Origin: a virus
Taxonomy: Duplodnaviria; Caudoviricetes
Strand: one strand, 5' to 3'
Virus record (IMG/VR): IMGVR_UViG_3300032236_000737
Coordinates: 1 to 63,801 of that record
DNA length: 63,801 bases
The translations under genes were made by a program, and so were the position numbers. A model generated the notes under the pieces. That model did no database searches, was not told where the DNA came from, and saw only the letters and a list, made by a program, of their open reading frames with translations. Of the stretch, positions 17,749 to 26,529 are shown piece after piece; position 1 is the first letter of the stretch, and every line of letters begins with the position of its first letter.

Positions 17749-18577
17749 TTACTAGTTCCTCCAATGTTGCTAGCAACCTGTTGTTTACAAAGTCTTTTTC
17801 TACATAATGAAAAACTTTACCTTGTTTAATATTACCTACGACAAACTCGCCTTTTTTGTTTAAGACATAATTTACAAAGTTTCTCCAACTAACAGGTGCA
17901 GTTGTCCAGTTTTGTATTCCAGGTTTCATATGCACAAATGTCATAGGGTTAACTGAATCATTTACAATATCATCCATTCCAGAAATTTCAACAGCAATAG
18001 CTGTAGCTAGATCCATACTGATCCAATTTTGTGGCTCGTTAGGAGCAAACGTTCCTCGACAATATTCCCAATTATTAATTACAAATTCTAATACTTTATA
18101 AAAGTCGTGGGCGGCTGGACGTTTTTTAAAGTAGTGTAATGCAAAATAAGGATTAGTTAAGTTGTTGGCTATAAATGTTTTTCTATGTACAGTATCTGCT
18201 ACTACGGTTTCTAATTTATAATTAATGATTCTCGAGCAGAACTTGATATCAAAATTACTGCAATAGTCCCACCATAATTTAATATCTTCTAACAGCAACA
18301 TGTCTGCATCCAATACTATTGTTTCTTCGTATGGACTGGCATGGTATAACTTCCATCTATTTTCTGCTTTTAACGGACTATCTTCAACTTCTTTAAACCA
18401 AGGAATAGGAATAATATGATCAAATATATCTCTATATTCTTCAGGAACTTCGCTATTTGTTACTAAAGAAATATTATCAATCTTTTGACTATACTTAATG
18501 CTCAAAGCTAATGCGTATGCTTGTTTAATATAATCAACATCTGTGTTTTGTGCAAAAACTAAAAATCCTTTAGACAC
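17735..18577 (-). CDS. GT8-like nucleotide-diphospho-sugar transferase
   Basis: GTG start after GGAGG; YIKQAYALALSI and SPYEETIVLDADM (DxD) motifs. Confidence 0.65.
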   Translation of the reverse strand: MSKGFLVFAQNTDVDYIKQAYALALSIKYSQKIDNISLVTNSEVPEEYRDIFDHIIPIPWFKEVEDSPLKAENRWKLYHASPYEETIVLDADMLLLEDIKLWWDYCSNFDIKFCSRIINYKLETVVADTVHRKTFIANNLTNPYFALHYFKKRPAAHDFYKVLEFVINNWEYCRGTFAPNEPQNWISMDLATAIAVEISGMDDIVNDSVNPMTFVHMKPGIQNWTTAPVSWRNFVNYVLNKKGEFVVGNIKQGKVFHYVEKDFVNNRLLATLEELVNGRV

Positions 18578-19418
18578 CTGAACCTCCATCTATAAAGCGA
18601 CTAAGACTCATCTTATTCATAACGTGTACGTCTAACCCTGACGTTTTTGCTAAAACATACTCTCCAAGAAAATTTTTCTTTTGTGTTAGAACTTTTACTT
18701 TATCTTCTTTGATTTCTACTAGTACATCGGTATCAGTACAGTATGTCATAGTACCAGGTAATTCAGTTGCAAATTCACCATCTGTTTTGCCGTTCATAAT
18801 ATGAATAGCAATACTAAAAGCAAAATCGTTTCTGTATATAGGGCTATCAATATTATACAATAATCTAAAATACGCCCAGTTAGATTTAATGTAAAACACA
18901 AGATCAAAGAAAGACTGTGTTATTGTATTTTTCTGAAATATAAAAACCGTAGCCCAATAAAAAGGAATACTATATTGATTTATTCTTTTAAATTCTTCAG
19001 AATCTCTATCAACTGCTAAATCAAAACTGTTTTTGTAGATTTGAAAATCGTAAGTATTATCTAAAGCAGATTTTAAAATTGAAGAATTAATAATATAATC
19101 ACTGTCAATTACTAACGTGCGGTCATAAGGAGTTAAATTATAAATTTGACTACGAGACGAATTTTTCCATTCAAGCGGTTTACTTGTTATACTACCGTCA
19201 TAAAAGTTTTTACGTTGAGCGGAATTGATTGCTGGAATTTCTATAATAGAATCAAAACCATGATCAGGATAGTTTTCCTCTAACCAGTCTTTGTTGTCTG
19301 TGACTAAACTTACTGGAATGTCTAAATACTTTTTTATCCGAGAAGCGGCAAACACCGCTAATTTTGTATAGTCAATGTTAGTGTTGTTATGAGCAAAAAT
19401 TACTGCGCCAGTTGTCAT
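18570..19418 (-). CDS. GT8-like nucleotide-diphospho-sugar transferase
   Basis: TPYDRTLVIDSDY (DxD), YRNDFAFSIA and DVHVMNK motifs. Confidence 0.65.
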   Translation of the reverse strand: MTTGAVIFAHNNTNIDYTKLAVFAASRIKKYLDIPVSLVTDNKDWLEENYPDHGFDSIIEIPAINSAQRKNFYDGSITSKPLEWKNSSRSQIYNLTPYDRTLVIDSDYIINSSILKSALDNTYDFQIYKNSFDLAVDRDSEEFKRINQYSIPFYWATVFIFQKNTITQSFFDLVFYIKSNWAYFRLLYNIDSPIYRNDFAFSIAIHIMNGKTDGEFATELPGTMTYCTDTDVLVEIKEDKVKVLTQKKNFLGEYVLAKTSGLDVHVMNKMSLSRFIDGGSGV

Positions 19419-19765
19419 AGCTCAACAATATCAGAAATCTTTCGTTTGCTTTTAATTTCAGCATACTTGGCGGCATAAGCATTTGTTGACTCGAAATAAA
19501 TTAATGTTATATTGTCAAAAAACTTCTGGACATCATTAATAATCACTGGGAAGTTATTTGTATCAAGAAATGCCACATCTTCAGTGTGTCCGATGTCTAA
19601 TACAGTTTTGGTGAAGTTAATTAGCTCTGGACTAATTTTAAACGTAGCACCGTTTAAGTAATACACTAATTTTTGGTTGTATTCTTCTAGTATAATTCTG
19701 CGCTGGTTAGACAATGTTGCCATGTAATTAGCAACTGCCATCGCTTTTTCAATTCTTTCATCCAT
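19415..19765 (-). CDS. hypothetical protein (first gene of the glycosyltransferase operon)
   Basis: 116 aa; GGAG SD. Confidence 0.65.
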   Translation of the reverse strand: MDERIEKAMAVANYMATLSNQRRIILEEYNQKLVYYLNGATFKISPELINFTKTVLDIGHTEDVAFLDTNNFPVIINDVQKFFDNITLIYFESTNAYAAKYAEIKSKRKISDIVEL

Positions 19766-19785
19766 AGATAACTCCGTAGTATATA

Positions 19786-19814
19786 ATAATACACTACTTT
19801 AATTATCTTGTAAA
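19786..19814 (-). promoter_or_regulatory. sigma70-type promoter for the glycosyltransferase operon
   Basis: On the minus strand TTTACA-N17-TATTAT, with TAATTA in the spacer. Confidence 0.5.
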
Positions 19815-19831
19815 GAGATTAGGGGAGTTAA

Positions 19832-20728
19832 TTAAGGCCCAGTACTTGTTGTAGTTGGGAGATATCCAGATACAGATACATTGCCGCCAGTAGCGTAATA
19901 GCCCTGCACAGTACTTGTTAGAGTACCTTCAACACTTTCGTCAATTCCAAATCCGCCAGGAGCTGATAAATCCTGGAATTGAATACTGAATGTAATGATA
20001 GCGCCAGTGCCGTCTACTTTAGCATAAATGTCGTATTGGTTTGGACTGTAAGTAGGTGAACTTGTTGATTTTGTAAAAATTGTTTGATAGCCAGTGTTTA
20101 ACTGATAAAAGCCAATACTACCAGCCGCACTACCTGAACCTGAACATACTGTACTATTCAAGTTCATAGTAATAGTTCCCATGTTTTGCAACAACGTTGC
20201 CCAGTCGTTACTCTTTTGGTAGCTACCGTCATTAGGGAAATTTCCGTTGCTAGCACTAAATTGAACTTGTCCGCCAGCATTAAAATAATAACGTGCGGCA
20301 TTGTAGTTAGGAAATTGAAGTGTTACAGTATGTGTAATTGTTCCGTTCCAAGCTGTAGAACGTGAACTAGAACTAAATGTAGTTAATGTTGCTTGACCAG
20401 ATGGAGGAGCGGCATTGACGTTTGCGGCAATTAACTGTGCGTAATTATAGTAAGCCGCACGATCGTATTCTCTAACTAGTGTATTAGTATTAATAGGCGT
20501 TAAATTTCCGCCTTCATTTGCACCAGTTTGGTGTGTGCGGGCGGCTAGTAAGTCATTACGTAGTGCTACCCAGTCGCTAGCAACAATTTTTCCGCCAACA
20601 GAAACTTGTCCGCTGGTTACAGTTTGTCCGTAGCCAACTGATCCAGATCCTACACCTAAAATATTAGAGATAGTTGCCTGAATTGAATTAAAATCACTAG
20701 CACGAATCGGGGTACCTTGTCCAGCCAT
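19832..20728 (-). CDS. virion structural / tail-associated protein
   Basis: G/S/T-rich beta-type sequence, ARYYFNAGG motif, own TAAATA box at 20750-20755. Confidence 0.6.
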   Translation of the reverse strand: MAGQGTPIRASDFNSIQATISNILGVGSGSVGYGQTVTSGQVSVGGKIVASDWVALRNDLLAARTHQTGANEGGNLTPINTNTLVREYDRAAYYNYAQLIAANVNAAPPSGQATLTTFSSSSRSTAWNGTITHTVTLQFPNYNAARYYFNAGGQVQFSASNGNFPNDGSYQKSNDWATLLQNMGTITMNLNSTVCSGSGSAAGSIGFYQLNTGYQTIFTKSTSSPTYSPNQYDIYAKVDGTGAIITFSIQFQDLSAPGGFGIDESVEGTLTSTVQGYYATGGNVSVSGYLPTTTSTGP

Positions 20729-20752
20729 CTTTTATCCTTTATAACTGCTTAT

Positions 20753-22228
20753 TTACAGAATTATACATTCAACAAGTTTAACACCTGAATCATCATTACT
20801 TTCTAGTGCTATACCAAATTGTCTAGAACCGCATGTTTCTACATCAGTTCTGGCATAGCCGTTACCTGTGGAGACTAGCATGTCGCCTTTGCTTACTGAG
20901 CCTATAACTTTAACTGGAACACGTCCCTTTAGTGCTATATAGGTTCCGCCTTCTAATTCGCTGTTCATCATGTAACCTGGAGCAGTACTTACTACACCAA
21001 TTGCATTATCGCCAAACCCGGCTGCTGTTACTTCTTTTTCTCCGCCTACACAAACTACTGTACCTGGCTCGTACTCTTGATCTGCAAGATATTTCTCTGC
21101 CAAGTCAGCGTAGTAACTTGTTGTACTTGCACCGTTGAAAATAGTTGCGTTTACGTTACCGCTACCATCACGAACAACTACTGTATTTGGGCTAGTACTT
21201 GCACTAGGAGTAATAACAGAGTTATTAAACACTAAACCTGTTGCGCTTGTAGCATTACCGTTAAATGTAGTTGCCCAAACGTTTAACCATTGATAATTTT
21301 GATTACCTAAATTACTTGTTGCTGTTGTTCCTGGTAATACATCTGCTCCAACTAATTGCATTGGAGTAACTGTACTAGAACTTACTGTTGTTTGGAAAAC
21401 AATAGTGTTGTTTGATTGATTTTGAATTGTTGGTGTACTACTGTTGTTATTGAATACACGCAAACGTGCAACTGGATTACCAACTGTATAACCAACGTCA
21501 GCAAAGTTAACCACTGTACTGAATGCCGCAGAACCTGCTTGGACAAAGTTGTTAGCAGGCAAACCGCCTAAACGATCCGAGTTAGTTGCAGTACCCCAGA
21601 ATCTGTGAGCACTTGTAGTAACTCCCGGAGTACTGTTGTTGTTAGTGTAGCATAGTGTTACACCTTGTTGAATCTGTGTAAAACCTGTGATTGGATTTAC
21701 AGTATTATCTAGTGTAAATGCGCTGTCTGGACTAATGATAAAGATAACCTGTCCATTATCAACAGCTTCAATAACAGTATGACTTGTACCAAATGTATCT
21801 TTTACACTTGTACTTAACATTTCTGTTGTGCTAGATCCAGCAACTGCTTGTGGTCCAATTAGTGTAAATGTGCTTCCGCTCCAAGCAAAAAGCTGTTTTG
21901 TTTCAGTATCAAACCAGAAATCACCAATAGTAAGTCCACTAGGTGCAGTTGGTCCGATTTCTGCGCCGCCAGTTGTGCGGAATTTGCTACCATCCCAGAA
22001 CTTTAATTTACTAGTTCCGCTATCGTACCAAATCTGTCCAGTTTGTGGGCTAGATGGCGGTGTCGAATTTGCAAAGTTTTCTAGCAAATATACGAAATTT
22101 TCGTTCTGAATTTGCCCGTAACCAGCGTAATTTTTACCCACTAATTTTATGTTAGTGCTTGCATCAACGGTGCCATCTGCAACTGTTGTTAATAGCGATC
22201 CATTAAAGTGATTGATAGTATATGCCAT
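20753..22228 (-). CDS. tail fibre protein with C-terminal YADLAEKY intramolecular-chaperone-like domain
   Basis: N-terminal GKNYAGYG...LLENFA...GQIWYD shared module; C-terminal ADLAE...GRVPVKV domain. Confidence 0.7.
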   Translation of the reverse strand: MAYTINHFNGSLLTTVADGTVDASTNIKLVGKNYAGYGQIQNENFVYLLENFANSTPPSSPQTGQIWYDSGTSKLKFWDGSKFRTTGGAEIGPTAPSGLTIGDFWFDTETKQLFAWSGSTFTLIGPQAVAGSSTTEMLSTSVKDTFGTSHTVIEAVDNGQVIFIISPDSAFTLDNTVNPITGFTQIQQGVTLCYTNNNSTPGVTTSAHRFWGTATNSDRLGGLPANNFVQAGSAAFSTVVNFADVGYTVGNPVARLRVFNNNSSTPTIQNQSNNTIVFQTTVSSSTVTPMQLVGADVLPGTTATSNLGNQNYQWLNVWATTFNGNATSATGLVFNNSVITPSASTSPNTVVVRDGSGNVNATIFNGASTTSYYADLAEKYLADQEYEPGTVVCVGGEKEVTAAGFGDNAIGVVSTAPGYMMNSELEGGTYIALKGRVPVKVIGSVSKGDMLVSTGNGYARTDVETCGSRQFGIALESNDDSGVKLVECIIL

Positions 22229-22276
22229 CTCATCCTGTTCCTTATTCTTGAGTATTTATCATTATTTTGGCTCTTA

Positions 22277-23467
22277 TTACCAAGTGGTTAAGGCCGCTCT
22301 TTTCCAGGTATTTGTAGCAGTACACACATAGATGTAACTGCTATCCCAAGCGATTTGCCCCTGGGCGCCTGTACTTGAGCTAGTTGCAGGAGTATAGCTA
22401 GATGTTACTTTTAACGCTGTTCCGGTTACCGCTGCCCCAGATGTAATCGCTCCTGTTGCTTGAATTGTAGTGCCTGCTGTGATAGAAGTGCCTGCTGTAA
22501 TTGACGTTGTAGCCGCTACTGAAGTACTACTATGGATTCCTCCCACTACATCAAGCGAATATTGTGGGTTGTTTGTAAAGATACCAACAGATTTACTACT
22601 GGCGTTGACAAATATTGCAGGACTTTGTCCTGATTGACTTAGTGTAGCTATTGCAAAGTTTTGGTTTGCAATGTTTGATTTAATCTGGAATAAGGTAGAA
22701 CTAATATCAATTTCATTATTTGATAATGATCCTAAAATTAACGGTGTATTATCTTGAATTGTTAGAGATCCAACAATTGTCTGAGACGATGAAACTGTTT
22801 GAATAAAGTTATCAGCAGTATGAGCTATACCGGCGGCATCTAATAATTGTTTAGCGGTTAATACTGGAACATCAAATTGTATACCGCTTACATTGGCAGC
22901 ATTAAATCCTGCAACAATGTCTCCAGAAAAACCAGTAATATCAGTACCTGGAGTGAATGCTTTATTACTAAAGATTCCAAGCAAGGTTCCGCCTACATAT
23001 AGATATACAATAGTATGACTTATCTTGTTAGTATCGATAATATCTTCTACAATAAATCCGCTTTGTCCTTGAGTTGAAGTATATAACGGGCCTGCTAAAA
23101 TATTAGATACACCATCGTTAAAATATAACTGACTAGTAGCACTATTAATCCAAATATCACCAGTAGTTAAGCTACTAGGAACTGTTGCTCCAATTAGTGT
23201 TCCGCCTGTTACTTTAAATTGTATGCCATCGTATACTTTTAATCTGTTTTGTGTAGTGTCAAACCATAACTGACCTATAACTGGCTTGTTTGGTTGGCTA
23301 GTGTTAGCAAAATTTTCCAGTATATGTACAAAGTTATCGTTAACAAATACACCGTAACCGGTAGCATTCTTTCCTATCAGTGTTAAATCTGTAGATGTTT
23401 GATCAATTGTACCGTCAACAATTTCTGTTAACGTGCTTCCATTAGTTAATTGTATAGAATAACTCAT
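22277..23467 (-). CDS. tail fibre protein
   Basis: Same N-terminal module; C-terminal GQIAWDSSYIYVCTATNTWKR fibre-type motif. Confidence 0.7.
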   Translation of the reverse strand: MSYSIQLTNGSTLTEIVDGTIDQTSTDLTLIGKNATGYGVFVNDNFVHILENFANTSQPNKPVIGQLWFDTTQNRLKVYDGIQFKVTGGTLIGATVPSSLTTGDIWINSATSQLYFNDGVSNILAGPLYTSTQGQSGFIVEDIIDTNKISHTIVYLYVGGTLLGIFSNKAFTPGTDITGFSGDIVAGFNAANVSGIQFDVPVLTAKQLLDAAGIAHTADNFIQTVSSSQTIVGSLTIQDNTPLILGSLSNNEIDISSTLFQIKSNIANQNFAIATLSQSGQSPAIFVNASSKSVGIFTNNPQYSLDVVGGIHSSTSVAATTSITAGTSITAGTTIQATGAITSGAAVTGTALKVTSSYTPATSSSTGAQGQIAWDSSYIYVCTATNTWKRAALTTW

Positions 23468-25857
23468 TATATGACACCAGTGTAAATTATGTAGTTAACA
23501 GTTGTGTATGGTTGCAATACTGTGAAAGGTGTTGCAAGAGAAGATCCAATAACACCGCCACTGTCTGCAAGACCGTAACCCTGTCCGCCTTGCGATTCTA
23601 CTGTTAAACCTCGACCAGTTGATACATTTCTGTATGGGTCAGTTGCTGGGTTTGGTTCACCAACTGCAAAATACTGAGCATTACCATCGTTGAGACTGTG
23701 TTTGTGGTCTGGCAAGTTAGACTGTTGTAATGTAACTGTCTGGCTACCACCAGTTCCGCCAATAGTATCAGCTGTTACTTCACTAATACGGTTAGCTGTG
23801 CCGCCACCTGCGTTAATTAATATTCCAGAACCGTCTGCTGCCGGTACTGTTAGTCCGTTATTCATATTATCTGCACCTAGAGGAATACGACCTCTAAAGT
23901 CAGGTAATGCAAATGTACTTAAACCAACAAGTAATATTGCGGCCTTGTAAGTATAACCAATAACTGCAAATAGTTGTGGATAAGAGCTAATTTTAACTTC
24001 GCTTCCATCGCATAACAAATAACCAGTAGGAACAGTTGCTTTAGATCCTGCAAACGGAAATAGTGCGCCAACTGGCATAGTAGCAACGTGTTTTAGTAAA
24101 GTTTGTTTTGTCATCTTTACTAACTGACTGCTAGATGCTTGATACACTAATAACTGGTCGTTTAAAGCAGAATCAGCTACTTCGTTCTTACCAGTAATAA
24201 TACCTTGGTTAATACTTGTGTTAAATGTTACCGTTCCAGTTGCTGTTTGTCCGTCAAACACAACTCCAGGACTTGTAACGTCTCCTGTTAATAAGAATGT
24301 AGTAGCCGATTGTAACTTTGCGGCGGCGCCAGTAATGCTACCAGTCAAACTACCAGTAAATGTTCCGCTAAAATTACCTTGGAATGCTTGTGCATAGACA
24401 TTTCTAAATGGTCTAGTGCTAGTTCCAATGTCATATAAGTTTGCGGCACTATCTGTGCCTGGCTGTATAACACTAGCCGCTACTGGATTGCTATTTGAAT
24501 CCAAATAATTAATGTAAATTTGTCCGTATGTTGTAACATCATCTCCGAAAGAAGATTTTTTACTTACAGATAATCCACCAGCAGTTTGAATACTTGCACC
24601 ACCTGGATCGAACGGACTAATACTAGATGCACCAACATCCGATGTACCAGTAATTATAATTCTTCCTGGAACTGGGGATGCCGGGACACTACCAACATAC
24701 AATAAAGTAACTGTTCCGTTAGTTGCAGAACCTGATGTATGTATAGGTGCAACTGTTCCTGAAACACCTGCTACTGTTACTTGATAGTAAAAGTTATTAT
24801 AAATTATGTAAATTGAAGCGGCATATGATGTATTTGCAGTCCAAGTAATTGCATGAGTACTTGGGTCGTCCTTAACTGTTACACCACCAATAACATCTAA
24901 TGTAGAAACTGGGTTGGCATTGTTAGCTCCAATGCCTAATTTAGCATCTGCACTAAGATGCATAGCTGTAATAACTGTTCCAGAGTTGTTAGTAGCAAAT
25001 TCTACACTGTTTCCACTATTTTTAGAATACAATACAGTAGCATTTGCAGTAATACCAATGTTAAAACCTAAACTTGCACCAAGTGTAATACCACCATCGT
25101 TACGAACGTTAATTGGATAGTTGGCAATTGTTGTTGTATCACCGCGCAAAAAGTTTGCGGCAGCTACCGTACTATTTCCAACTAACAACGCATCTGCTTG
25201 TTGAGCCGTGCCCCATATTCTTGACAAGCTAGTAGAGCTTGTACTGTCAGTAGTACTTAAATTAATACCCTGATTGATTGCTTGAAAGCCGTCTATTGCG
25301 GCTTTTGGAGTAAATGTATCTTTGCTAATAATTGCAATTCTAAAACTAGTTGTAGTATTACTACTGCTACTTGCATAGAATGTTACTACGTTGTGAGAAA
25401 TGTTAGCAGTATCTACAATAGTTTCAATAATAGGACCTGTTTGCAAGCCTGCACTAAATTGCGGACCTACTAAAATCCAGGCACTACCTGAATACAAGTA
25501 CAATTGACTAGTATTTGTGTTAACCCACAGGTCGCCAGATGTGGCGGCTGCTGGTGCAGTTCCCGATTTCTTTAAGCTACCAGCTGGATTCCAAGATGAA
25601 CCGTCGTAAACTTTTAATAAATTTACACCAGCGGCTGTGTCAAACCATAGCTGACCTTGTACTGGATTTGTTGGTGCTGTATCATTAGCAAAATTTTCTA
25701 ATAAATGTAAGAAATCGTTAGCAATAATTGGAGCATAGCCAGCATAATTTTTACCTACAAATTTAAGACTTGTAGTTTGATCAATAACACCATCTGGTAC
25801 TACGATGGGTGGTTTGTCTGGGTTATTAGTTTGAGTGAACGTTACTTGATAAGACAT
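23467..25857 (-). CDS. tail fibre protein with tail-collar domain
   Basis: Same N-terminal module; PVGALFPFAG...GYLLCDG...YPQLFAVIG...FALPDFRGR collar motif. Confidence 0.8.
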   Translation of the reverse strand: MSYQVTFTQTNNPDKPPIVVPDGVIDQTTSLKFVGKNYAGYAPIIANDFLHLLENFANDTAPTNPVQGQLWFDTAAGVNLLKVYDGSSWNPAGSLKKSGTAPAAATSGDLWVNTNTSQLYLYSGSAWILVGPQFSAGLQTGPIIETIVDTANISHNVVTFYASSSSNTTTSFRIAIISKDTFTPKAAIDGFQAINQGINLSTTDSTSSTSLSRIWGTAQQADALLVGNSTVAAANFLRGDTTTIANYPINVRNDGGITLGASLGFNIGITANATVLYSKNSGNSVEFATNNSGTVITAMHLSADAKLGIGANNANPVSTLDVIGGVTVKDDPSTHAITWTANTSYAASIYIIYNNFYYQVTVAGVSGTVAPIHTSGSATNGTVTLLYVGSVPASPVPGRIIITGTSDVGASSISPFDPGGASIQTAGGLSVSKKSSFGDDVTTYGQIYINYLDSNSNPVAASVIQPGTDSAANLYDIGTSTRPFRNVYAQAFQGNFSGTFTGSLTGSITGAAAKLQSATTFLLTGDVTSPGVVFDGQTATGTVTFNTSINQGIITGKNEVADSALNDQLLVYQASSSQLVKMTKQTLLKHVATMPVGALFPFAGSKATVPTGYLLCDGSEVKISSYPQLFAVIGYTYKAAILLVGLSTFALPDFRGRIPLGADNMNNGLTVPAADGSGILINAGGGTANRISEVTADTIGGTGGSQTVTLQQSNLPDHKHSLNDGNAQYFAVGEPNPATDPYRNVSTGRGLTVESQGGQGYGLADSGGVIGSSLATPFTVLQPYTTVNYIIYTGVI

Positions 25858-25860
25858 CTA

Positions 25861-26469
25861 TTATACTCCTACCAGACCAGTTAAACTCTGAATACGCACT
25901 GTATAATCAATTTGAATTAAACGATTCAAACTTTTTAATACAGGATGGAATACAACGTGTGTTAATAGTAAACTGTTTCCGTTTGCGTTATAGCTTTGTA
26001 GCCCTAACTCGTCAAACACAAAGTCGCTATTAGTGGAACTTACTGTATCAAATGCGCTTTGAGTGCCAGGTTCGCCGTAATCTAATAAGCAAGTAACAAA
26101 CAAATCAGTATAGTTTGTTCCGGTAACGTGTCTAGTTTCAATAAAGTTCCTGCTTGGATCGGTATTATTACTAGAGTTCTGATTAACTACCTTAGCATAA
26201 GTCTGGTTGTATAAACTAGCATTAGTTCCGCTAGTATTAGGTGTCAAATATGTAATGATACCAGTTGGATCAATGCTAGTTCCGCCGTTGCCAAACCCCA
26301 TTTGGTATACAAATCCGTTACCACTATCTGCTAGACTTTCTGCAAGAGCTATACTGATGTTTTCGTAGTGAATAGCATTGCGTTTATCAATGAAAATTTC
26401 TTTAGAAACTGGGTCATGGATCTTAATATGACCCTCAATATGAATTCCCGTTAAGTCTTTAGTCTGCAT
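25861..26469 (-). CDS. virion structural protein (baseplate/fibre-associated)
   Basis: FDELGL...LLTHVVFHPV...IDYTVRI pattern; late promoter upstream. Confidence 0.6.
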   Translation of the reverse strand: MQTKDLTGIHIEGHIKIHDPVSKEIFIDKRNAIHYENISIALAESLADSGNGFVYQMGFGNGGTSIDPTGIITYLTPNTSGTNASLYNQTYAKVVNQNSSNNTDPSRNFIETRHVTGTNYTDLFVTCLLDYGEPGTQSAFDTVSSTNSDFVFDELGLQSYNANGNSLLLTHVVFHPVLKSLNRLIQIDYTVRIQSLTGLVGV

Positions 26470-26489
26470 ATCAATCTCTCTTTATCTTA

Positions 26490-26520
26490 TATTTATCCAG
26501 TATCATTATCTGCTAGTTTA
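26490..26520 (-). promoter_or_regulatory. late promoter TAAATA with upstream TAAACTAGCA element
   Basis: Minus strand reads TAAACTAGCA-GATAATGATACTGGA-TAAATA. Confidence 0.6.
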
Positions 26521-26529
26521 ATAATTCTA

